A stretch of 64,000 bases of DNA, from assembly GCA_002633005.1 (NCBI GenBank), contig NMRA01000717.1, positions 1-64,000 on the forward strand, read 5' to 3'. Shown here one piece after another: positions 24,701-39,700 of the stretch. Under the pieces are notes generated by a model. That model was given only the letters and a program-made list of their open reading frames with translations. It ran no database searches and was not told where the DNA came from. The number at the start of each line of letters is the position of its first letter. Within the stretch, counting starts at the first letter, position 1. This DNA comes from Phoronis australis. Taxonomy: Eukaryota > Animalia > Phoronida. A program made the position numbers and the translations under genes.

Positions 24701-27700
24701 ATCACTTTTTATGATTTTACAGAAAAATAAAATGTTATCATGGACATAAATATCAAATGAAATTTGGTTAATCATGTTATTGACAGATTGTTTTGCTATC
24801 AATGTACCTAATTCTTCTGGCTTACTTTTACTTCAAAGGCATGGCCTCGTGACTAAAATGGTTTCAGATTGGTCAAAAATCAAAATCTACATACATTCTA
24901 CTTATATTTGGCTAAATGCATAGACTAATATTAAGGTCCTACATAGCATGATAAAAATTCTCCAATTTGAGACAGTTTCTAGAATTTGGGACACGGGAAC
25001 TCCTGCAAAATTGAATGTTCTTCATTCTAGAACTTGGGACAAGGGCGATTTGGCATCCATTATATTTCTCAAATTTTGGACAACGTGTTTTCAATCTACA
25101 GAGTGGGAAATTTTGCAGTATTTCTGGAGATTCTTGAATTTGGGACAGACAATATTGCCTGTTTCTAGAATTTGGGATAAGACCCGACCTTGAGCAAAAA
25201 TTTTTATTTTTTACTGTGTCCCAAATTGGAGAATCTATACCATAACAGTTACAAGCCTTGAAGCCCTCGGTGACTCAGAGCTCACGACCACTCCTCAAGT
25301 TACAGTAGATATGATATAGTTAGTTACCTGAGCCACAAACGGGGTGACAATGGCACCGACCCTGGCCGCACCACTGCATGTTCCCAGACCCAGAGCTCGC
25401 ACTGACGTGGGATAAACCTGGGAAGTCAGAACAACCATGATTATAATTGCTGTTACTAGGTTCCATCAATTATAATTAGCCCACTTTCCATAGCCAAGTA
25501 GAGGTCAAAGGTCATATCAGTGGGTATAAAAGGCAAAAACAATCCATTGGTCAGAATCTGTAGTAGTGAACTTTGTCAGAGAGAGGTACTAAAATAGCCA
25601 AAGGTGGACGTTTTCCACCAGAAAAACAACAGAAATCAAACAAATAAAAATTACGTCAATAAAATGAGATTATATTATTTTGTGTACTTCAAACAAACTG
25701 CATGATGGCAACATCTGCATGCCACATATTAAGTAAAAATCAAGCTTAAAATTATGTTCAGTAAAATAAAGAAACGTTGAAGTCAATTAAATTTTCAATA
25801 TCAATCAGACTAACTGCATGTTCATGTCTTTAGACAGCACATTAAGTACAAACAGAAGATTATGCAATAGCTACACTTTACCTCGGGAGTGTACACATAA
25901 GCAGCTTGAAATGCGCCTGTGATAAAGGCTCTCGCCACGAAGATGAACGTTATGGTAACAGGCCTGAAAAGTATCATTTGCAACTAAGAGAGTTACCGTA
26001 GTAAAGATAGAAGCCTGGGTACAAATTGTAAAATTTGACATTAAAATTCAAAGGAAAGATCGCAAAAATTCTTGATAGCACATATCGAGTTATTTACACT
26101 ATTAATTACACAAACAATCAAAAATGAACTGAGCTTTTGATCAGCAAAGCATTTAAATAAGTATTGACTGCAATGATGGAGTGTGGTCTCGTCATACAAA
26201 TTCACACAGACTAACAACTTTTTGATACACATTTCTACATAAGCTTTTTCTTAACTTCAGCAAAACTACTAGACAATTGAGAAAATGTTTAATCCCACAA
26301 TATTAACATGAAGCCACTGGCAACTGCTCTAGAAATAACCCAAAGAGATATCCAAAGCACACAATAATTTAGAAGGAAAATGTAACGGAAATGCCGCAAT
26401 GCTCTATGGATCATGCACGCATGCCTGATCCACTGTTCGATAGCAGTGAAGTGAAGTACACTCATTTAACAACCATATGGTGTTCGGTGCATAACATGAC
26501 TTACCAACTACAACTGAAAGTTGATCCTTCGTAAACAACAATTTGAGCGTCCAAAAATTGCTTCTAATCAGAGTAAGGTATGAGTTGAGACCGATTTTCA
26601 AGCACCAGCAAGTGGCTTTGCCAAAAGTAAGTGTGTTGGTACCAAAAATGCCACGAGACAGCAGGCAATAATTTCTTAAAGGATCCCGTATTTTGCGAAT
26701 CAGATTTACGCCTGTTATTCAGTAGAGAAAACTGGTTCTCAAAATGCGGGACCTTGCAAGTGACTATGACGGAAGGAAACATTGGATGTAGCATGGGAAA
26801 CAAAAAATGACACTTAAATGACCTTGACCTAACCTTGAGACACATATGGCAACTAGCCCAATGAAGACGCTGAACGCCACAAATTCGGCACACATGGTTT
26901 TCTTGCGACCAATCAGTTCTATCACAAACAGAGTTATTAACAAGCCTACAAAAGAAAAAGTCATGGAAACACCTGTTCAATGTAAAATTTTCTATGGACC
27001 TCAGTAAAAGTGAAGTTGAGATTTTTCAAAATATCGCACAGTAAATCGATATAAGTTTTTAAGTGACAAGTTCTTAACACAAGACAAAAAACATATCAAG
27101 GACATTGGCTTCCAAGTGGACTTTAGCACAAAGACAGTTCACTGAATTTAATATGTGTTTCCCAGGCAGAAAGTTAGATGCTAGTCATTGCAGTAGTAAA
27201 AGTGCACTAAAAATAATGCTTTTGAAAGACAGTGACCTACAAAATAAATTTGCTATTTGAACATACACAAGTCTTGCATTAATGTTGTTACGGATGATTT
27301 GCAGGTTAATTGTGTTCATTATGTATTTTAAATGTGAGGTCTTTTGTTTTGCTTAGCGTTAGTTTTCTGCCTCGCCGCTAGGCACTTTCTAGGCTATTGT
27401 TTCACTGGCTTGCCATTTGACTCTGCCCGCATCATTTGAAGCGTCAAGTNTTGAGCGTCCAAAAATTGCTTCTAATCAGAGTAAGGTATGAGTTGAGACC
27501 GATTTTCAAGCACCAGCAAGTGGCTTTGCCAAAAGTAAGTGTGTTGGTACCAAAAATGCCACGAGACAGCAGGCAATAATTTCTTAAAAGATCCCGTATT
27601 TTGTGAATCAGTTTGACGCCTGTTATTCAGTAGAGAAAACTGGTTCTCAAAATGCGGGTCCTTGCAAGTGACTATGACGGGAAGACACATTAGATATAGC

Positions 27701-30700
27701 ATGGGAAACAAAAAATGACACTTAAATGACCTTGACCTAACCTTGAGACACATATGGCAACTAGCCCAATGAAGACGCTGAACGCCACAAATTCGGCACA
27801 CATGGTTTTCTTGCGACCAATTAGTTCTATCACAAACAGAGTTATTAACAAGCCTACAAAAGAAAAGTCATGGAAACAACTGTTCGATGCAAAAATTTCT
27901 ACGGACCTCAGTAAAGGTGAAGTTGAGATTTTTCAAAATATCGCAAAGTAAATCGATATAAGTTTTTAAGTGACAAATTTTTAACACAAGACCAAAAACA
28001 TATCAAGGACATTGGCTTCCAAGTGGACTTTAGCACAAAGACAGTTCACTGAATTTAATATGTGTTTCCCAGGCAGAAAGTTAGATGCTAGTCATTGCAG
28101 TAGTAAAAGTGCACTAAAAATAATGCTTTTGAAAGACCAGTGACCTACAAAATAAATTTGCTATTTGAACATACACAAATCTCGCATTAGTGTAGTAGGT
28201 GCAACAATTAGTGAGTGACTTGACTCAGTAACCAATCTTGGATACTCACCGAAAAGGTTAAATGAATTCGGACCTTTTTAGGTCAATAACTAAGTCTTAA
28301 CAGGTTCCATCGTGACCTAATCTAGGTTTGAAAAGGTCCAAGCGATGACTTGAACCCCAAGTGAGAAAAGGTGTAACCAAGTACAGTGGAGCCCACTAAA
28401 TGTCATTTCGGACAACAGAACATTTTACTAATAATCATGAAATGTCACAAATTTATTAATCAGTTCCATAAAATTCATGTAATTCTATCAAGATAATCCA
28501 CATATGCTTTGTCATATTTTCGTATCTTGACATTAAAAAATCAGCAAAATTGATTCTCACCTATGTATATCTTTGCTTTTCTGTCCAAAAACTAACCAAA
28601 TCCGTCTCATTATAAATTCATTCGGATCTTGGCACCGAGGGTAAAATTCAATCATGTCCTGTTTACCAGTCTTACTCTGAGTCTCCATCTAGCATTAGCT
28701 CATAAAAGACAATGGTTATGATCATCACCAAGTCAAAACTCGCTTAATCATAATTAACGTCAAAACCGAGGGTATGATATTAAGCGGGCTCCTCTTGTAC
28801 AACTTGTACTACTAACATAACACAACTCAATACCTGCATATCCTTACCTGGAAATTCAGCCAGCGTAGTCCATAATAAGAACCCATAATCTGTCATAGAC
28901 AATACTTTACATTCCAGTCTACAGCCAGGCTCCACGGCATCAGCAGAACCTAATAAATAATTCGATGGATCAGTAAATCGATCGCGTCACGAATCATTTA
29001 GTTAACAGAAGGATAAAGTCACACAGCAACATTCTTTACCACCAGCAGGATCAAAAGTATTAAGGCTTCAATTTCTCTACAAAATAGAAGAGTTAAAGTC
29101 TAGATAGAAATATTGAGAATGGAGTAGGCTTCATCAAGTCTACTTACTAGGACAGCCAGATACATCAGATGCTTCCAACAGTTCTGTAGCCATGAGCACC
29201 ACACCGTAGTAGGAAAACGCACTAGCAAACCTAAAGTGTGAAATTCAAAAATATGGTTCTTGTTTTACTCAGGAAACAAAAGAATCTGCTAACCTCTGTT
29301 TGATGATGCTAAAACTGTTTAATTTTATTTTGCTTAAAAGTTTTAAGAAAAGTTGATAGTTTTGCTTGTNGTGCACCAATTAGTGAGTGACTTGTCTCAG
29401 TAACCAATCTTGGATACTCACTGAAAAGGTTAAATGAATTCGGACCGTTTTAGGTCAATAATTAAGTCTCAACAGGTTCCATCATGACCTAATCTAGGTT
29501 TGAAAAGGTCCAAGTGATGACTTGAACACCAAGTGAGAAAAGGTCTAATCAAGTACAGTGGAGCCCACTTAATGTCATTTCGGATAACAGAACATTTTGC
29601 TAATAATCATGAAATGTCAAAAATTTATTAATCAGTTCCCATAAAATTCATGTAATTCTATTAAGATAATCCACATTCTCGTATTTTAACATTAAAAAAT
29701 CAGCAAAATTGATTCTCACCTATGTATATCTTTGCTTTTCTGTCCAAAAACTAACCAAATCCATCTCATTATAAATTCATTCGGATCTTGGCACCGAGGG
29801 TAAAATTCAATCACGTCCTGTTTACCAGTCTTACTCTGAGAGTCTCCATCTAGCATTAGCTCATAAAAGACAATGGTTATGATAATCACCAAGTCAAAAC
29901 TCGCTTAATCATAATTAACGTCAAAACCGAGGGTATGATATTAAGCGGGCTCCTCTGTACAACTTGTACTACTAACACAAGATAACTCAATACCTGCATA
30001 TCCTTACCTGGAAATTCAGCCAGCGTAGTCCATAATAAGAACCCATAATCTGTCATAGACAATACTTTACATTCCAGTCTACAGCCAGGCTCCACGGCAT
30101 CAGCAGAACCTAATAAATAACTCGATGGATCAGTAAATCGATCGCGTCACGAATCATTTAGTTAACAGAAGGATAAAGTCACACAGCAACATTCTTTACC
30201 ACCAGCAGGATCAAATTTATTAAGGCTTCAATTTCTCTACAAAATAGAAGAGTTAAAGTCTAGATAGAAATATTGAGAATGGAGTAGGCTTCATCAAGTC
30301 TACTTACTAGGACAGCCAGATACATCAGATGCTTCCAACAGTTCTGTAGCCATGAGCACCACACCGTAGTAGGAAAACGCACTAGCAAACCTAAAGTGTG
30401 AAATTCAAAAATATGGTTCTTGTTTTACTCAGGAAACAAAAGAATCTGCTAACCTCTGTTTGATGATGCTAAAACTGTTTAATTTTATTTTGCTTAAAAG
30501 TTTTAAGAAAAGTTGATAGTTTTGCTTGTATGACTACTTTGTGTCTCCCTCGGCTTATTTCATGTGCCAATTTAATGTAAGTGTATAATTCATGACAAGT
30601 GATTTGTCAAATAAATAGTTCACAAACCACAACTACTAGGATCTTTACCACAGGCATTCCTGAAAAAGCAGTTGATATTAAAAGTTCAGAGCTTGATTTT

Positions 30701-33700
30701 TACCATAGTTTAGAAGTGTCATTTTCCAAGTAGACCCTAGCAGAATTTTTATTTGTTTACTAAACAGTGTTCACCAAATCAAAAAGTGTCCCAAAATACA
30801 GACATTCTCACTCTGGTAAATATTGCAAATTGGTGGTCCACTAGACATTGTAATTATCAAAGGTAATATTTTGATATGCAAATTTGTGTCCAAAACCCGG
30901 CCCACCAATTTTAAACCCATATTTACCTCATAAATGCATATTTACAAGTGCCTAATGTCAGATAAAAACAAGCACCACCTGAAGGTTACTTGGTGCTTAC
31001 CAGGTGATCCAAAGTAAAATGGTTGTCACCCTATATTCTGGTGTGAACAAATCTTTGATTCTTCCTCGCTTCACATTCTGTGAACAAATAATCACATGGT
31101 TAAGAAATGGCCAATAAGGACGAATCACCTCTGTTCTATTTTAACTTAAAAACACTTCTGTACATATTAAGTGATATTTCAGTCTCATAATTGAAAAAGC
31201 AATTCATGTACAACTGTTTCAGGAGGTTGATTTTCAACTCTGCAAAATTAAGTGTCCAATAAACAGAGACTACGATGGGAAACAATTCATAGCAATGTCT
31301 ACTAAACAAAATTCTAAAATAAACCAGTATATAGCAAAAATTCTCCAACTTGGGACTGTGAAATTTAATTATTTCGCTTAAGGCCGGGGCTTGTCCCAAA
31401 TTCTAGAAATAGGTGATGCAAGTCCTCCCAAATTCAAGATTCAGAGGAAAAATGGCAAAAATTACCCACTCTGTACATTGAAAACAAACTGTCCGAAATT
31501 TGAGAAACATGATGAAAGCCAAAATCGTCCCAGGGTGGCATAAAACAAAAGTTGATTTCCGGGCGAACGTGTGGGTTTATTGCACAGAAGTCAGTGCAAA
31601 TAGAACCCCTTACTGCAACCACTTTTTGAAACAGGAGTGTTGAAACAGATAACAGTTACTAACTTGATGCGAGTGCTCAACTAGTTTGCCTAACAACATT
31701 GGTTTCTTATTTTCATTGGCAATCCTCTGTATAGTTTTCATCGCCTTGTCGGAGTGACCTCTGGTGACATCATACCTAGCACTCTCAGGTAACCACTGAA
31801 ATTGAATACAGTCTATGTTAAAACCATCAGTTTACAGAAGCATTCAGAACCAGCATTAAAATCAAATGATAAGAAATACAGTACAGCCACTGAATTATTA
31901 GACCCGCTCCGGTGTCTCTCCGGTCTAGCCACCCGTGACCGTAACTGGAGACAAAAATTTACGGTGTGACACAATACTTCACGACAAGTTTCAAGGAGTC
32001 CACAGCCATGTAAAGATGACTCTCAGCACAGGGGCACGTTTATTCGTATTTACTAACCGCGGTTACTGTACATGTTTGTCGTTGATGGGATTGGCTCTTA
32101 AGTCGTAAATTGAACATGTACATGTAAGTGTAACACAAGATGAGCTGAAGGAAGACGTTTGTATGAACAACACGTGGAATTACAGAGTTAGTCGGAACCC
32201 AAGTGTGATAGATGACCGCTTGCAAAGATACTCTATAATATACTATAATGTCTTTGCAACTTGACCGAAACAACAGGCAATCAAGACGTTACATGTATTT
32301 TTACTGATTAGCCCGGTGCCCTGCCATGGTTACCATAGCTACCGAAGGCATGAAGAAAGCGTGAGGTAAGCGTGACGGAGACGCGAAGAAAGCGTGAATG
32401 AGGCGTGAGGAAGGCGTTAAATACACTGGAGGTAAGCGTGAGGACTACCCGGAGAGTAGGCGTGAGGCGACCGTGACTGATTTCTGTCACGCCTGTGTTC
32501 CGGTTGCCCTCCGGTCTGGCCAGGCGTGAGGTAGCCCGGACGAAGTCTAAAAATTCAGTGGCTGTACTGTAGCAATTTGCACACTTTGGTGGCACAGCAA
32601 AAATGAATGTTGTGCCTAGTTGTTTAGGACACAATGTCTCACTTTAGCATCAAATTTAACAACGCAAACGTGAAAGCGTGTGTGCTCTAAACATACAGAA
32701 CCATTTGTAGTTTGGACACAACCCCTCATTTTCAAGAATATTGGCAAATTCGTACATTTAGTGAATAATGACCTTGCATTGGTAACATTTCACAGTTCTA
32801 AATAATATATTACCTACAGAACACCTTGCCTTTAAATTACTCAAAGACTGGGAAAAAATCCTACCAACCATTACCAACAAGTGAGTGTTTATCCATTGAT
32901 GATACATATCTTCATTTTTATGTTACACTATAAGACCTTAGTTGAAATAATTTTCCAAGCGGAACATGACACTTTAAGGATTGGTCAGGAGAGAGTGTTA
33001 TGAATAGTAGAATCTGTCACTTTAGAACAGAAATGCTTACCAAACAGCAAATGATGAATACGAGGAGAGGCAATGCTGACAATGCCAGAAGCCATCTCCA
33101 TCCTAGAGTGGGCATGACAATGAGAGCTAACAGCACTTCAAAACATGTCCCTATAGCCCAGAACACCTGAAAACAAATAAACGCAAAAGTACACGAATAC
33201 TGAGCGGTCACTATTGCTGTATCGTAAATGGGGCAATTTAAGTTTATTCATGAAAATCTTTTTCAACTCAATTGTTTCAAGTGTGATAGTGGCATATTTT
33301 ATTGGAAAAAATAGTTTGTTGTTAAATGAAATTGATCCTTGAACCAGGTATCTTGTCATTTGCGCTTGTACAGCCATTGTTCCGTCTTGTCAACTAAACC
33401 ACGAGGCTGCACTGGTGTGCATATAGGAGTTGTGATAGTTTGGTCAGTTTCCCTAAGGACTGGGCTGTGGTTTGGTATGTTGGTTGGAACTGATTTAATC
33501 TAGTTGAATCAGTGTTTTTGCTTAAATAGGGAGTGTCCTGCCATTAAAACATAATAACAGGCAGTCTGGTACACGTTGTAGCAGATGTGCACAGGCCACT
33601 GAGTTGAGGAGCTAGATACTTGATTCAAGGGTCTAGCAGTTTGCCCCAGTGGGACTCAAACCCAAGACCTCCGGTAAACGAAGCGAACACTTATCACACT

Positions 33701-36700
33701 TAGCCACACTGCCATTTTAAGCATTCAGCACTTTGGAACTACAAGTGTATAAAAAACCAGGACTGAAATGCCTAAGTTGGTTCTATTTTCAAAATATGAA
33801 GATGTGTCAAACTATTTTTCCTGAACTGTAGAGAAACATTACAGGAAAAAGTCATTAAGGATTTGATAATAAATGTCAGAGTTGTATTTCAGAAGCAGTT
33901 TGTGAGATCCCCAGGCCAAAGTGCACGTTAGGAGAATTTCAAACAACATGGATCATACCTCAACCAGCACTATACATTTGGCCCTAGAGGTTGTAGGAAG
34001 GAACTCTGCATACAGGGTTATTCTGAAAAAAAATAGATTAGTACAGTAACATTACCATACTGCGCCATGCATTAGGTGTCACAGACAGTGCCAAAGACAG
34101 TGCCAAAGACAGTGCGACAGACAGTGTCACAGAAAGTGTCAGACATTGTCACAGACATTGTCACAGCCAGTGTCACAGACACTGTCACACAGAGTCACAG
34201 AGAGTGTAACAAGAGTGTCACAGACAGAGTGGACACAGAGAGTGTCACAGAGTGTCACAGACAGTACATGGGTGGTGCAACAACGAAAAAAGTGGGGGGC
34301 TAAAGCCTCCTCAGCCCCCCCCCCCTATGGTGCGCCGCCCATGCAGTGTCACAGACAGTGTCACAGACAGTTTAACAGACAGTTTTACAGACAGTTTAAC
34401 ACTCATTTTGTTAAGTAAGGACAAAATGAAACAAGCTTTATTGTTAGGCAATGATAGATTATTTGCTGAACAACATTCAGCGCTACAAACATGTCACTTA
34501 GATGTGTAGTTAAAGGAGTGTTAGTGCAATGTTTTNCCACAGCCGTGTAAAGATGACTCTCAGCACAGGGTCACGTTTATTCGTATTTACTAACCATGGT
34601 TACTGTACATGTTTGTCGTTGATGGGACTGGCTCTTAAGTCGTAAATTGAACATGTACATGTAAATGTAACACAAGATGAGCTGAAGGTAAACGTTTGTA
34701 TGAACAACACGTAGAATTACAGAGTTAGTCGGAACCCAAGTGTGATAGATGACCGCTTGCAAAGATACTCTATAATATACTATAATGTCCTTGCAACTTG
34801 ACCGAAACGACAGTCACAATCAAGACGTTACATGTATTTTTACTGATTAGCCCGGTGCCCTACCATGGTTACCATAGCTACCGAAGGCGTGAAGAAAGCG
34901 TGAGGCAAGCGTGACGGAGGCACGAAGAAAGTGTAAACGAGTCGTGAGGAAGGCGTTAATTAAACTGGAGCTAAGTGTGCGGACTACCCGGAGAGTAGGC
35001 GTAAGGCGACCGTGACTGATTTCTGTCACGCCTGTGTTCCGGTTGCCCTCCGGTCTGGCCAGGCATGAGGTAGCCCGGACGAAGTCTAAAAATTCAGTGG
35101 CTGTACTGTAGCTTTGGACAATTATAGTTTGCGGTGACAATCTAGCAACAAAAAACAACCAACAAACGCCACAGGGTCCACTAAGATTGAGTAAAATTAG
35201 GAATTCGAAGAAATAAAAAGTCTCTGATGGTCTCCATTATCAAAAGAGGTTTTTAAAGCTGGCGCTGTTTTAACCGGAGTGAGCTTAAGCGAAACACAAA
35301 GATTCTGCTGTATGTATTACATCAATACAAACTAGATGCAGTCCTTCTTCTGAAAATATTTGGTATTTACAATTTGCACATTTTGGTGGCACATCAAAAA
35401 TGAATGTTGTGCATAGTTGTTTAGGACACAATGTCTCACTTTAGCATCAAATTTAACAACGCAAACGTGAAAGCGCGTGTGCTCTAAACATACAGAACCA
35501 TTTGTAGTTTGGACACAACCCCTCATTTTCAAGAATATTGGCGAATTCGTACAAGTAGTGAATAATGACCTTGCGTTGGTAACATTTCACAGTTCTAAAT
35601 AATATATTACCTACAGAACACCTCGCCTTTAAATTACTCAAAGACTGGGAAAAAATCCTACCAACCATTACCAACAACTGAGTGTTTATCCATATATATC
35701 TTCATTTTTATGTTACACTATAAGACCTTAGTTGAAATAATTTTCCAAGCGGAACACGACACTTTAAGGATTGGTCAGGAGAGAGAGTGTTATGAATAGT
35801 GGAATCTGTCACTTTAGAACAGAAATGCTTACCAAACAGCAAATGATGAATACGAGGAGAGGCAATGCAGACAATGCCAGAAGCCATCTCCATCCTAGAG
35901 TGGGCATGATGATGAGAGCTAACAGCACTTCAAAACATGTCCCTATAGCCCAGAACACCTGAAAACAAATAAATGCAAAAGTACACGAAGACTGAGCGGT
36001 CACTATTGCTGTATCATAAATGGGCCAATTTAAGTTTATTCATGAAAATCTCTTTCAACTCTATTGTTTCAAGTGTGATAGTGGCATATTTTATTGGACA
36101 AAATAGTTTGTTGTTAAATGAAATTGATCCTTGAACCAGGTATCTTGTCATTTGCGCTTGTACAGCCATTGTTCCGTCTTGTCAACTAAACCACGAGGCT
36201 GCACTGTTATGCATATAGGAGTTGTGATAGTTTGGTCAGTTTCCCTAAGGACTGGGCTGTGGTTTGGTATGTTGGTTGGAACTGATTTAATCTAGTTGAA
36301 TCAGTGTTTTTGCTTAAATAGGGAGTGTCCTGCCATTAAAACATAATAACAGGCAGTCTGGTACACGTTGTAGCAGATGTGCACAGGCCACTGAGTTGAG
36401 GAGCTAGATACTTGATTCAAGGGTCTAGCAGTTTGCCCCAGTGGGACTCAAACCCAAGACCTCCGGTAAACGAAGCGAACACTTATCACACTTAGCCACA
36501 CTGCCATTTTAAGCATTCAGCACTTTGGAACTACAAGTGTATAAAAAACCAGGACTGAAATGCCTAAGTTGGTTCTATTTTCAAAATATGAAGATGTGTC
36601 AAACTATTTTTCCTGAACTGTAGAGAAACATTACAGGAAAAAGTCATTAAGGATTTGATAATAAATGTCAGAGTTGTATTTCAGAAGCAGTTTGTGAGAT

Positions 36701-39700
36701 CCCCAGGCCAAAGTGCACGTTAGGAGAATTTCAAACAACATGGATCATACCTCAACCAGCACTATACATTTGGCCCTAGAGGTTGTAGGAAGGAACTCTG
36801 CATACAGGGTTATTCTGAAAAAAAATAGATTAGTACAGTAACATTACCATACTGCGCCATGCATTAAGTGTCACAGACAGTGCCAAAGACAGTGCCAAAG
36901 ACAGTGCGACAGAGAGTGTCACAGAAAGTGTCAGACATTGTCACAGACATTGTCACAGCCAGTGTCACAGACACTGTCACACAGAGTCACAGAGAGTGTA
37001 ACAAGAGTGTCACAGACAGAGTGGACACAGAGAGTGTCACAGAGTGTCACAGACAGTACATGGGTGGTGCAACAACGAAAAAAGTGGGGGGCTAAAGCCT
37101 CCTCAGCCCCCCCCCCCTATGGTGCGCCGCCCATGCAGTGTCACAGACAGTGTCACAGACAGTTTAACAGACAGTTTTACAGACAGTTTAACACTCATTT
37201 TGTTAAGTAAGGACAAAATGAAACAAGCTTTATTGTTAGGCAATGATAGATTATTTGCTGAACAACATTCAGCGCTACAAACATGTCACTTAGATGTGTA
37301 GTTAAAGGAGTGTTAGTGCAATGTTTTTTTATAAACTTTTTGTGATCACCACTTCATCAGATTACAACTGCTGTACGGTAGAATGATATTTAAATGATTC
37401 GAACAATGGATGACCAACGTCACAACATGTAAGTGAACGCAAGATACTGCATTTGGTCTTTGTGAGCTTGCCATGCAGTGCATCATAAGTATTGTTTTTT
37501 GTACCTATTTTCCTATGGTCAATTAGTTTAATGAAATCAGTTTGCAAGCTGGCGTCAATGACACCTCTGCCTTGTCAGTTACAACCTGGTGGTCATCATT
37601 TACTTGTTTCCGCCGCTCATGGAATAAAGACAAGTCAGTTATCGACTCCAAAACTGTACGCTCCTGACACACTACTCGCTTCGGTTTCATTGGTGAAGTG
37701 ACATCTTTACTGTTATGGCGAAAACTTCACTAAAGCAGGATTTGCTCAGAATTTCAGTTTGCTGCTAACAAAATACTCAACACAACTAATAAAGTGTCTG
37801 GTCATATGTTGAAAAAAAAAAAAATAATTGCAGGCGGTCTGATACACGTTGTACCAGACGTGCGCAGGCCTCGCATGTGGGCCAATTGCACTGATCACCT
37901 GGAAAAATTTTTATGCTTTATTAATATATGGTTAAAACCGAGCTGAGGAGCTAGAAACCTGGCTCAAGGGTTTAGCAGTGTGACCTGGTGGGACTTGAAC
38001 CCACGACCTCATATGTTGAAAACTGTGTAATTGTAAAAAAAACAACAGTCGGCTGAAGAATCAGCAAACACAAATGGTGCTCTGTTTCATGACGCTCAAA
38101 GTTGATGTCACATGATCATTTCACAAATTTAAGTGTTGAATAACGGACAAACCGTTTTTGCACCAGTAACGAGATTAGCTTACTCAAGGAATAAAGTTTT
38201 TATTGACATTAATTTTGAGTCAGATTTCATTTTGCCATTTCTACTCACATTATTCCCAAGCTGTATACTCGTATTTTTTAAGTTTTGTACCAAGGCCAAA
38301 TTGAATACAGCTGCTTTGTCCAAAAAAACGAATACGCAGTCAGTGGAAAACACTGACCCTGCAATGCACTGTTCCAGTTGAAGCTTTCACTTTCAATCAA
38401 CAAAATAGTAAAAAATGTACATTTTTCAAATGGATTTATCTCTAGAGTCACAGTAGCAGTAACTACCAACTTCCAACTAGATGCTTTCGGAGCAACAGTG
38501 AAAATAATAAACGTGATACTAGAACACTGTGGATACTTACGACTGAGGTGCTCCACCAATACCGAAGCCTGTCAGACCTCTCAATACAAACATCCAAATG
38601 AGTGATGGTGAAAATGCACTGAGCAGACCAAAGTAGAAAGTAACAAATGAACAAGCGATGAGTTCCTGTAACATCAAGGACAGATTTTAGCAAAAAATAG
38701 TTATTCAGGTACCGGTAAGCTATACTCTGGATAGCAGCAATGACTGTATTATCATGCACCACGTTGTCATTGTTGAACAATGCATTTGACGTTAAGCGAC
38801 AATCAAACTTGTCCAGTGGACAACATTCAAAGTTTTATGCAACCTAACCCAGAAGTGTATTTGTGCTACAGAACTACTATAACTAAACCAAACACTACAG
38901 CAGTGTTGTGATGCTTATAAAATTATTTTGAAAAAAATAAACTTCATGGATCATGAACGTAATCATAGTGTCAAAGGTTTGTTTCACACAGGGCTCTAAG
39001 TCAATTTCCTTGTTTTTACTTTTGAGCCCCGAACCATTCAAAGTTTATTGCATTAAAGACTAGACATTTATTAAAATCCGTGAAGTCTGCCTAAAAATTA
39101 ATCCTCACAATCAACATAATTAACATAAAAAATTACATGACCGAACTTACGAGTTTTCGTCCAAACCGATCACAGAATGTTCCCCATGCACTTGAACTAA
39201 TCATCATGCCAATGAATACAATCTGTAACAGCGAATACAATCTGTAACAGTGAATACAATCTGTAACAGTGAATACAATCTGTAACAGTGAATACAATCT
39301 GTAACAGTGAATACAATCTGGAAAAGTGAATACAATCTGTAACAAACAATGTTGAACAAACTATGACAACCTAGTCAACTGAACCACTTTGCAACACACC
39401 AACATGACTGATAAAGGTACCAAAAAGCCCCAATCCACTCATTTTTGCAATCTGCAATCATGTCAAAAGCATTCAAATGTATTAGAAAACTTTTTTTCTA
39501 TATCACTTTCAACAAAGTTGTACCTTCCCCAAACTGGAAATGATTCCTAAGCTTGGGAAGTAACCATGCAGTGACTTCAGTTGACTGCCTTCAAAAGCAA
39601 CATGTCCATCAGCAAATGGTGAACTGACTGCTTCCATACCTACCATACACTAGATGGAGTTTGTGTAGTACCAGGAGGCACATTGCAGACTTCATAAATT

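Larger units (their letters stand above)
23630..25497. repeat. Tandem duplication across N at 24511 (SVOP exon 14); probable haplotype artefact
   Basis: 23630-24510 matches 24512-25497; a ~46-bp unit is triplicated just after the N. Confidence 0.85.
28200..30529. repeat. Tandem duplication across N at 29370 (SVOP exons 10-11); probable haplotype artefact
   Basis: 28200-29369 matches 29371-30529. Confidence 0.85.
32000..37327. repeat. Tandem duplication across N at 34536 (SVOP exons 6-7); probable haplotype artefact
   Basis: 32000-34535 matches 34537-37327, with a ~258-bp indel at 35112-35369. Confidence 0.85.

Noticed and set aside
33640-33713. tRNA gene
   Set aside because: A and B boxes are present but there is no proper cloverleaf, and it continues into a body shared with other dispersed copies, so it is a SINE head.
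24342-36814. Dscam-like mutually exclusive duplicated SVOP exons
   Set aside because: Copies are near-identical through the introns and each pair is joined by one N; this fits haplotype duplication, not evolved alternatives.
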